Both the position numbers and the translations under genes were made by a program. The notes under the pieces are model-generated. The model was not told the DNA's origin, did no database searches, and was given only the letters and a program-made list of their open reading frames with translations. A stretch of DNA of 63,612 nucleotides, the filler included, from Choristocarpus tenellus KU-1152 (taxonomy: Eukaryota; Protista; Phaeophyceae), in the NCBI GenBank assembly GCA_964200185.2. It is 9 parts of 9 records of this genome, joined end to end, with 100 filler letters (N's around TTAATTAATTAA, not from the genome) between each part and the next. Parts side by side here need not be neighbours in the genome. Positions count along the whole stretch, not along the records: positions 50,538 to 57,891 come from CAXNAD020006283.1; positions 57,992 to 60,698 come from CAXNAD020025451.1; positions 60,799 to 63,612 come from CAXNAD020024523.1; 6 more parts are not named here. One strand, written 5' to 3'. Below are positions 50,438 to 60,973 of this stretch, piece by piece (within the stretch, counting starts at the first letter, position 1; each line of letters starts with the position of its first letter).

Positions 50438-51640
50438 NNNNNNNNNNNNNNNNNNNNNNNNNNNNNNNNNNNNNNNNNNNNTTAATTAATTAANNNNNNN
50501 NNNNNNNNNNNNNNNNNNNNNNNNNNNNNNNNNNNNNAGCAAAACAAGAAGGGGAAAAGGAAGGGGGGGGGGGGGGGGGGGGGGGGGAGGGGGGGGGGGG
50601 GGGGGGGGGGGGGGTGGAAGATTAAAAAATATTAAAGAGCAAGAAAAAATGTGAAAATAGGAACAAATTAACAAAACAAAAATAAAACACACACACACAC
50701 ACAAGTAGTCCTTAGCAGCATCTAGATCTGGGATCACAATTTGACAATGACACCAACATCGCCAGTGGAGGTACTCATAAACACTCATAAACACTCACAG
50801 GCAGCCCATTGATGCACAACAATGCAAACCCATGCATGGACATACAGACACAGAGGTTTCTACTTGCACACAGCTTAAAATTTTGAATTTTCAAAAAAAG
50901 AATAGCGTCATCGGTATAGGTAATAGGTAATAGGAAATAGGTAGCAGGTCTGCTGCACTGAGATGAGGGGGGTCACAACTCCTCTCACCCAAAACCTCAA
51001 CACCCTACCCTGAACCCCACCACTGGCCAAAATGCCACCTACCCTTTCGGACTCACAACCCAAAGAGTCTTTTGGCAGGAGCACTGGCAAGCATTCTCTC
51101 TCCTGTATATAGGATCTGTCTCGCTGCCCTAACCCTAACGTACTATTAAATTTAAATATTTTTACTAATGCGCTGGAAAACAATGCAAACCACACAGGAC
51201 GCCATCGACATTAATAGCAAGCACTAAAAAATGACACTGCTTCAATAGCACTGCCATCTAGCAAGTCAATACAAACAAATCTCCTTCATGTCAGGGTAAG
51301 ACATGAGTGCAAGATACAAGCACACACACATTGTAGATACACATGCAAGGAGAGCACTCAAAGGAACCACATCCTTCGAGATGAGCAATCAACTCCAACT
51401 CCACATTGTAGAGGATAGTGAAATGGTATTATTTAATTAAAGGGAAGGTCAAAGAACAAAAATTCCACTGGGGGAGCAGAGAATGGAAACAACAATAATA
51501 ATAATAATAACTACATCAATAGCAACAATAGTGTATTGACGCACCATGTTTGTGCTTCATCAAGCACCATGAGGTACTAATACATGGAAGTAAAAAGATT
51601 GAAGACTGTGAACTGGGTACTGTACAGCGAATCTGAAATG

Positions 51641-51989
51641 TTCTCACCTTCTAATGATTCTCATCTCTAACGATTCTCATCTCTAATGATTCTCAACTCT
51701 AACGACTCTTATCCCTAATGATTCTCACCTCTAACGATTCTCATCTCTACTGATTCCCATCTCTAATGATTCTCATCTCTAACGATTCTCATCTCTAATG
51801 AATCTCATCTCTAATGATTCTCACCTCTAACGATTCTCATCTCTAATGATTCTCATCTCTAATGATTCTCATCTCTAATGATTCTCATCTCTAACGATTT
51901 TCATATCTAATGATTCTCATCTGTAATGATTCTATCTCTAACAATTCTCATCTCTAATGATTATATCTCTAACGATTCTCATCTCTAAC
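51641..51989. repeat. 16-bp minisatellite (TCTAAYGATTCTCATC), about 21-22 copies
   Basis: Read directly from the sequence. Confidence 0.95.
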
Positions 51990-52537
51990 AAAAAACCACA
52001 ACGTGCTGGAAGTGCTAAGTACTTACTCTTTTGAAAATAGAATACTTATCTGGATACTCCACACAACATATACATATTAATAGTATGACATCAATATTAT
52101 TATTAATATTATTACCATGCGCATTTGATTCTAGAGAACAGACACATGGGCAGAAATAATAAAAATAATAATACTATCACACTCTTGCATATCAGCATAT
52201 TATCCCTATGGTGCAATACTATGTAATGGTTTTCATTGGTTTTGCCCATGGCACATCTGCAAAATAATAATAAAATACTATGTAATTCCACATGACCAAT
52301 CAAGTGTGGCCTGAGTAGACCCCAGCAGCGCATCAGATGTGATTTTGGTTTAGTCCGCAGCAAGGTATGAAAAATAAGAAAAGATATGTGGACAATATAT
52401 CCAGAACTACCCATACCATTCAAGGTAATGGTCATAGCGTGTTAACCCTCCAACACTCTGACAATTTTAAAGTCAGTGGTACACAGAAAATTAATTCTCA
52501 GATTAGTCGGCAGTCCACCTGGCTGGCATACAACATC

Positions 52538-52567
<30 letters not shown>
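52538..52567. repeat. (AAT)10 microsatellite
   Basis: Read directly from the sequence. Confidence 0.9.
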
Positions 52568-52568
<1 letters not shown>

Positions 52569-53154
52569 TGCTGTACATCAATGAACACCTATGCTTCTAT
52601 TTAAAACACTGGACGCCAGTTTCCTTTCCTTAAATCACTGTACAGAGTTAAATGATTTAATGTGCTGGGGGAGGGGGACTATAGTATACACTTGAAGGCA
52701 ATTCAAACACACCTCTAAAAAATATATAACAACCAGTCCAACTACTTGAAAATAAATAAATATATTGATAAATATATATATATATATATATTTGATGAGG
52801 AGCATACACTTTCAACCTAAATACATCACAATCACACTGCTGAAAACACAGAGCCCTTGTGCCACTAGAGCTTTAGCATTGACTCAGCAACCAAACACCA
52901 TTATAGTTTAATCTGCTCTTTACTTCAAAAGCCATTCAGACATACGTAGCACCCACCCTCCAGGGTGATCATTTGGGGTAAGAGTACCATTGGCCTCTTT
53001 CTCCTCCACAAAAGAACAACCTAAACTTCCTCTCCACCTCCCTGACAACAAATTTTACCCTGTGTTCCATTCTATTCCATAAGATGGGTACTCCTACCCC
53101 CCCCCCGCCCCCTGCCCCCAATCCACATCCTCCCAGAACAGCTGGTCCCCAAAC

Positions 53155-53567
53155 CTGCAAGGAAAAGCTTTGGTCAAAGAACATGTGGGGGACCTCCTCA
53201 AAGCACTGTGCAACTGAACCTCCTAGGTTCCTCCCACTCCCATTGCATGCTGCAGCTGCTGACCCCTCTCCCCCCACACCCCTTCCTCCCACGCTAGCCC
53301 CTGCCTCACCACCCACCCACCCACCCCTGACCCTGCTGCCAACGCTAGTCCCTGCAAAAGTCCCATTTATAGCATGCACTGCTGATTCATCGCTATTAGG
53401 GCTGCCAATATGTCCAATATGTCCAATATGTCCGCTATTCGAACGCCACTGCCTTATACCAAACCCAAATCTATTTTTTTCTCGCAGGTGTCATGGCAAA
53501 ATGGAGGTGGAGGGGTCAGGGGGGGAGGGGGGCGGGGAGGGGGGCAGGGTTACACCAAAAAAAAAAT

Positions 53568-53609
<42 letters not shown>

Positions 53610-56144
53610 AGGGTAAACCCAAAAAAAAAGGGGGGGGGGGGGAGGGAGTCAGGAGCATGGGTTAGGTACACTGTAGCATTACCTCAAGAAGTAACATAAT
53701 AAAACTATTGGTGGGGAAGGGTATGTTGCAGGGCAATGCGCCCCCCGTTGGCTCCATGTGATAGTTACACTATTTGAATAGCCTAAACGATGCTTCTCAT
53801 ACCATGATACATGTCTGTGCTTATTGATAGTGAGGATGTGAGGATCAAAATGGAAAGCCCATCAGGCAAAGGAGACCCCTCAATAGGACACAGATAAACT
53901 GTTGACAGAGTTGGTGTGATGAGTTGCACTGTGGTCTTAGCTTCTCCTTCCATCAGGAGCACATCCAACTCAAAAGGTTCGTCATACAACCTCTCATTCA
54001 CTGCATATTCCCCCCCCCCCCACCCCCCTCTTTTGTTCAATGAGATCTGACCCTGTTTCTTTCTTTTAACCAGAATTGCTGTGTTTGTGATGTTGTAGGA
54101 GTTTATAGGGACCAACTTGTGTGTTGATAAAAAAACAATTAAAAGCAGTGACAGTAAGTATATATATATATATCATCCCCACCTACTAACATGCACAACT
54201 ATGTGAAAGATCATGAAGAACGCCCTACCAATACTTACCAGTAACAATACTCAACCTAGCCTTGCCCTTGAAGGTTTATAGACATTTTTTGTTTCAGTTC
54301 TTGTTTGGAATTGATTTTATGTTTCAGCCCTTGGACAAGTTTTGCATGTCATATCTTGCAAAATTATTTTGTTATTGATCACATAATGTACCACATGTTT
54401 TGACAGATTTTGACAGTTTGGGGCACCAGTATATGCCTATTTCAACCTGAGTAACATCATATCAAGGGTCTCAATTCTGAAACCTACCAATCGCAATGGC
54501 AAATTTTGGCAGGATTCTCTTGAATTTGATACCACACTAAATTTCTGTTAAAAAAGTTGCACTGGACTTGAGAATTTGGTTGCATGCAATGTCACTTCCA
54601 GGCCAATAGAGAGTCAATGCATAATACCCGCATATGTACTGCATTTCTCACTGAAAGTCGCACCAAAAAGGTCAGCATATTTCACCTTTTAATGAACATA
54701 ATATACAGTGATATTACATTAATGAATCAAACCTTGCCCGTGAGGGAAAAGCTAACATACAGCCACAACTGATAGTCCCTGTTGCCCTCCTATCCCACTC
54801 CACCAGAATAGCAAAGCTAGAAAAATAATGACCGAAAATCCACAAGTAAACAAAGGAACAGCATGTCTCCCACTACAACACCAATGGAACAGGTACAAAG
54901 TCGCGGAACTGTTGCCCACCAATATACATCCTCACCTGGGGGCCTCAGTGTGCCCCCCACTGCCTCCAAGCCCTGTTCCCAGTCTTCCTATTGACTCAGC
55001 CCCAGCACCCCCCCCGTATCCCTGATCTTCACCCTTTTGGGAGAACATGCTGCCTCTTCCTGAGGTAGGCGTGCCAGCTTCGATGTTGTCTGTCCCACCA
55101 CCGACACCACTTGCAGCACCCTGTCCCAGATGCCCCAGCATTCCCTGTCGGTGATTATGCTTGAAAGTGCGAGCAAGGCCTCCAGTCTTTCGTATGAAGG
55201 GCTCAACGTCCTTGGTGATCAGTACGCAATTGCACCGTGGAAAAGGAAAGGGTGAGACGGAGAGGAGTCCCGTGGTATCACGTTAGAGCAAGGTGGGCAC
55301 AAATATTGTGGGACCATAGATAGTCGGTTAATAGGTAGAGAAAAACGGCAAGAAGTGCGAGTGATTGGAAATCTGATGGTGACCATTAGCAAATCCTAAG
55401 TAGAACAAACATAAGTAGAACATAGTGGAAGAAATGTTTTAGGTCTTGGAAGGCACATCCAAGGGATGGTAGGCAACCAAACGCGCGCGCACACACATAC
55501 ACATTTTTCTAGTCAAAGGAGCTGGTATTGGTTAAAAGTAGTGCCGAATGTCAAGTATATACGGATGTGTGTAAGTTTTTCTTGTCCTACCACAAAATCT
55601 GGGAACCGACCTGAAGGGTGACCTCCCGCTGGCCCAATGGTGGTTCCACCACAGTCATTAGGGGGTAATGCTGCTCAGCCTCAAAGGGCTCGTAGAGCGA
55701 GTCCATGAAAGTTTCTCGTGGGTTATTGAGCACGGAGGTCAGGTTGTGACCGCTAAACTCCAGCTCTTCCCACAAGTCGTGGAAGTCCTGATTGTCTGCA
55801 CGGGCAGACCATCCACCGAACCCGTCGTTACCCTCTACCAGTCCCCCACTTTCAGTTCCCCTACGATGTACGACGGGATCTATGATGAGAGGAGCCAGAG
55901 ACTTCCATGATTTCTGTCTGCCTTTCTTGCGAATGGAGGCCGGTGTTCTGGGTACACCTTCTACAAGAAGGCTTTGCCCTTCGGAGGTGTCAGATTCGTG
56001 TGTACCTGTAGTTTGTTCTCGCCACCTCGAGGCAGCTGACCTCCGAAAACCAAGACCTAAGCCATACCCTGGCGTTGGACTATATGGTCTGCTGCCATTG
56101 CCCGGAAGACTGGGACCAGCCTTGTCACTATCATCAGTGTTCAT
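53155..56144 (-). CDS. VPS54: GARP complex subunit VPS54, 5' exons (start may instead be the upstream ATG near 56242)
   Basis: Exons 56144-55611, 55210-54936, 53470-53155, phases consistent. Motifs HNLTSVLNNPR, VTLQDVEPFIRK and CFEEVPHMFFDQSFSLQ match the VPS54 N-terminal pattern (L...LN.P; F.PY...; VP..FF...F.L). Confidence 0.75.
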
Positions 56145-56686
56145 GGTATTGCTGTTTTCCCGCAATGGAGAACTGCTGCTTCCACCCTTCGCAACGAGCT
56201 TCAAGTAACTCCTGTCTGAGCCCGAGCCCTTAAATTCGTGCATATACCACCATGTGGTGCAATGCAGGCATCCCCCCGTGACGGAGCAGGGCAAGACAGA
56301 GCACCCTGCGAGATCGAGAGGGATTGGGGAAGGAAGAAGGACGAAATCGGTCGTTTGTTGGGTAGGGAACAATGATATTAAGGGTTTTCTGAAACATAGA
56401 AGGCCTTGGTTTGTGGAAACATAAAACCATTAACAACCGAAAACTAAACCGAAAACCACTAATGTTCTATATACTATATATTATTACCCTTTTTGACATT
56501 TTGTAGGTGTATCAAAAGTAAAAACCAATGAAAAAAGTGAAAGTTTATGAAGTAATCTGAGTTTTGTGGGCGGAAGAATTCTGGTTGGTTGGGGGCACAG
56601 GACAAGAGTGGGGGGGGGAAAGAAAAAGAAGGAAGCAGGAAGAGAAGGAATAGTTTAGGAAGGGACGAGATGGTTAATGGAAATGA

Positions 56687-57870
56687 GTGGTAGATAAAGG
56701 GAAGGACAGCAGCCAGTCAATGGAAAAAGGGAAAGAAAACCAGGGGTACAAGACGAGGAGAGGAGACCAAGGCAACCTCCGAGCAAGCTTCTCGCTGTTC
56801 CAACATATGCGCAACATGGCAGACAGGAGGGACAACAAGATTGAGTGGGCTGAGATGGCGCGGGAAAATAAGGGGAAAAATGAAGGGACAAGAAGAGGGG
56901 AAGGAGAAGAAATGACAGAGGGCTGGGCAGAAGAGAAGGGATGGAAGGAACAGGAATTGGAGAGGGGAACAATGGCGATGCAGAGGATGCAGTCACATAT
57001 CGAAACGGCGCAACGGGAAATGGGAATATTCGAGACGGGGAAGAGAGAGAAGACAGGCGTGGAGGACGGGGACGACCGAGAGCAGAGGAGCGAGAGCAAC
57101 CAAAGCCAACCAAAAAGTCAGAACGACGAGATCCGCAAGCTGACGGAAAGAATGGACGGTATGATGGAGATTCTACAAGAACTATGTTGGTCGAGAACAT
57201 CAGAGAAGGGGGAAGAAGAAAGAGGGATGGGAAGGGGAGTAGGAGCAATAAGGGAGAGGGGATCGATATCATCAACATCGATGGCAGAAAGGATTCAAGA
57301 TAAATCACTGATGCAAGCGTGGATCAGGGTGGATGGAGGTGAGGAAGTATTTTATACTCCTTGGGTTCATCCCCCTATTTATAAAAACGGGAAATGCCAG
57401 GACAACGAAGTACGAGCTTCAGAGGATCGTGGAGGAGACAGCAGACGTGACGGAAGAGGTGGCAGAACAGCTAGAACACTTGGCAGGTTTTACGATCAGG
57501 GACTACATACCTAAGGGGGAGCTCGGGAGGAAGACGTACAAAGGGGACTACAAACTACCTGACAACTTCGACTGCTTTGTGGCAGCCATGGTGAGGTTAT
57601 GCAAATATGGGGAGAGTTGGAACAGGGGGAAAAGAAGGACAGAACGGGTGATTGATGATTTGGAAGAGGATACACGTAAAGTTCACGTGTTTTGCGTTGC
57701 CAACAAACCAACGTTGTTAGAGAGTCCGCAGATCGTGGAACTAATTTTCAGAGCAATGGAGGAGGACCTAATGTGTTGGGAAAAGCGGTTGGCGGCAGCG
57801 GCTGATATTATAGGGAAAAAAATTAACACACCACCTCCCCATGACACACTGATACCACTCCCGCTGAGGA
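56687..57870 (+). other. Two overlapping intronless ORFs (275 aa and >180 aa) of unknown identity; possibly the gag/ORF1 of a retroelement with a frameshift
   Basis: Purine-rich ORFs 56687-57514 and 57333-57870, truncated by a family A MITE and the contig gap; no family motif recognised. Confidence 0.3.
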
Positions 57871-58529
57871 ACCAAAGTATCTGGGAGGGGGNNNNNNNNN
57901 NNNNNNNNNNNNNNNNNNNNNNNNNNNNNNNNNNNTTAATTAATTAANNNNNNNNNNNNNNNNNNNNNNNNNNNNNNNNNNNNNNNNNNNNCCAAATGGA
58001 TACCCTGGTGTAGACCCCCCCCCCAAAAAAAAACACTTTTTGGGTCATCTGCCTGCTGGTACCCCTGTACGTCACTGTGGAAATATGCTGCTGCATTTTC
58101 CCTCCAGCTCAAGTGCACGTATGTGCATGTCTGTTACCAACACCCTGCCTTCTGCATCTAGCGACAGGATAGAGGTTGGACAGCTCTTCCTCTACTCCAA
58201 ATTACCGGCTGGCCATGAAGCAGGACTCCGGCAATGGAACCCTCCTTTCTGTTTGAAGGAGTTGAGTGATGAATGCCCACCTGTCGTCCACCCTCCTACA
58301 CTGACTCCTGGCACATGCTAGACCAACAGTCGAATATTCCGTTCCAGGTCCTAAATCCAGAGGAAGGCTTGCTAGCTTTGTGGGAAAAGTATCAAAGTGG
58401 GTCTTGTTCCACAGCCCGAATGAAAACTGTATTTATTGAATTCAGTACCCTTGGTAAGGAGATGAGGATGTTTATCAGCTGTGACCCTGATGTTTTAGGG
58501 CATAAGTTCGTTCTTGGAAAACGGACTGT

Positions 58530-58720
58530 GAGTAAAAATATCAGAAGGTATGAGTTTTGCCCTGATTGTCCGTTTGGAGGTTGACTTCCAAGGGGTAATT
58601 TTACGATATTTTCCTAATCCGAAATGTTTTGGAATAGGTTAAATGTATTACGTTTATTAGATGGTGTGTCCGAAACAAGGGTGTTGTCACTTCCTAACAA
58701 ACACGATAGCCAACATTACA
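58530..58720. mobile_element. MITE family B, degenerate
   Basis: gagtaaaaatatcagaaggtatgagttttgccctg...cacttcctaacaaacacgatagcc. Confidence 0.7.
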
Positions 58721-60798
58721 TGGTCAAGCCTAACGAAAGTTCCCACCTGCAGCACCTCTTTTTCTGAAGCCATTGCGAAGGACTGGCCAATCAGAGGACA
58801 CTCCTCCCTTTCACCTCTCCAGATTGCATTTTCTTGTCGAGAAAAAATGTATATTATTATACCTTATTTTTTTCCACCTAAGATCGGCCTGAACATAACT
58901 ATACTTTTTCCCACTGATATTTTACAGGTGTTGTTATGGGAGAAAATTATGGCTCTAAACAAGATACTGCCATTACTTCTTGGATATGAAGATGAAAGAA
59001 TCGCAGCCTGACAAGCAATTCACCATATATGTTATGCCTCAAGTGATTACAATCATTCGTGCATGGTTGATCAACATAGACTCATGGTCAAGAACAAAGA
59101 TAACTAAGATCTAAAGAATTGTTGGAAGGAAAAAAAAACGAATAAATATCAATAAGAAAATATATGAAGGGGGAAATTCAAGGTATGCCAAAGATATACA
59201 TGCACGAGAGAAGGAAATAAACCAGACTAGAAACGTACAGGAAACATCGTCACCATCCCCAGGCACAGGAGAATCCACTAGGAGGTGTCCTCCAGCAAAA
59301 CATATCAAGCTCGAATATCAGAGGGGGGTACGAAAAACATGTACTGGAGGAAGAAAACTAAGTTTGAACATATCTCCACCATATAGAACACACTGACGAT
59401 AACAGAAGAAACCTCCATCACCAACATGGAGGAAGGTATATCTAGATAATCCAGTAGACCTCAAGTTATTATGTTGTCAGGTAACAGATACAGTACCTGG
59501 ACAGACTCAGTAGACACTAGCGAAGTAGTAACAGGAACTCTGGTTTGGAAGTCTCCACTTTGTGCCAGTTATCCATGAAATACCGAGCTTCAGGTAACAC
59601 ACCACTATAATTTATTTTATTAGGCTTGGTTTTCTTTACATCCATGTCAACCCTATATCTCAAAATATGGGTGAATTTATTGGAACATTCACCAGATGGA
59701 CAGCAAGCTTTTCTTTACATCTGTACCCCTCCCAGATATGAATATATTTAGAGGTTACTTTATTTTCGTTCTTCTTGCATTAAATCCTCCAGAGGTCATA
59801 CAACATCTGCATGGATAGTTGCTTATTACCTTTTTAAAAAAATTAACTATAAATACTGATCAATTCTGCTATATATTACAAACGCAATTACAGGATATAG
59901 CAGAGTAGATGTAAAAAACCACCGCTCCAGTACAGTAATTAGTGGAGCAATGCTTGCTGAGTTTTTTACTTATATTAATAATATTATTAACTAGAATCAA
60001 TATATAAATTTGGTAAAATGCTTTTAATTTTACACCATTCTAATGATATAATTCTATACACTGCTTTAATCAAGCTGTTGTTATAGAGTTCCTTTCCTCA
60101 TGAGCTGCCTCTTCTGCACCACGTTTTCGATGCTATCAATTCAGTCTGCAACGGCGCATCTCTTTTTTTACGTTGTGGTAGTACCTTTTTACTTACCGAA
60201 CCCAGTGCAGTGTTGTGTAGGGAATGATTATGTGCTCAACGGAGTATGCCATAGTAGTGTACCTGCAGAGTGTCTGTACGACACACCTGTACAGTATAAC
60301 CTCAAATACGTCCCACCAAAAAAGAGGTCCTTCACTCTGTAGACTCTGGATTAACTTCCTGTACTCACGCCATGGAGAAATCTTCTTGCCTGTTTGCAAA
60401 ATAAGCTGAAGAGAGATGCACTGTAGCTTGTGTGTAGCTGCGTCGAAAATACATTATCGAGCAGTAGTGAAGGTATATATGCCAAAGTTATACTTTGCAC
60501 GTTGAAGTGGATCTTAAGGATTATTGCCATTATTATTACACGTGTAAGTAGCCCTCCAAGCAAAAGCAAGGCCTATTTATCTAGTTGTCGATACTGGCGT
60601 AAGTTGTACTGTGAAGTCAACTTGATACCAAGATATTTGCAGGTATCACACTGAATGCAAAGGGTAGGCATATGTCTGTATCCATCATCGTAACACCCNN
60701 NNNNNNNNNNNNNNNNNNNNNNNNNNNNNNNNNNNNNNNNNNTTAATTAATTAANNNNNNNNNNNNNNNNNNNNNNNNNNNNNNNNNNNNNNNNNNNN

Positions 60799-60973
60799 AA
60801 CTCAATGTTTCTCCCACAGAATCATATTTTACACATGAATAAAAAGCATATTCTTAACAAGTGACACCACAAGTCAGCAAAAATATTTCTAGAATTGTAC
60901 AAAATGGCACATTTATGTTCTTACTCGAGATCCTTAAAATGCAGCCTTACCTACCTCTCAATTGGTTTGGCTC
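60799..60973. mobile_element. MITE family D, partial
   Basis: gatccttaaaatgcagccttacctacctctcaattggtttggctc matches 4921-4969. Confidence 0.7.

Noticed and set aside
51641-51989. CRISPR-like array
   Set aside because: Head-to-tail 16-mers with no unique spacers, no cas genes and a eukaryotic context
53490-53665. Poly-G tracts as G-quadruplexes or Gly/Pro-rich proteins (also 49577-49631 and 50563-50614)
   Set aside because: Long homopolymers with noisy flanks look like sequencing or assembly artefacts, and the ORFs are low-complexity by-products
18076-60798. Recurrent palindrome TTAATTAATTAA flanked by Ns, and ORFs running through it
   Set aside because: An identical 100-bp artificial contig linker with six-frame stops; it also invalidates any gene-cluster argument across contigs
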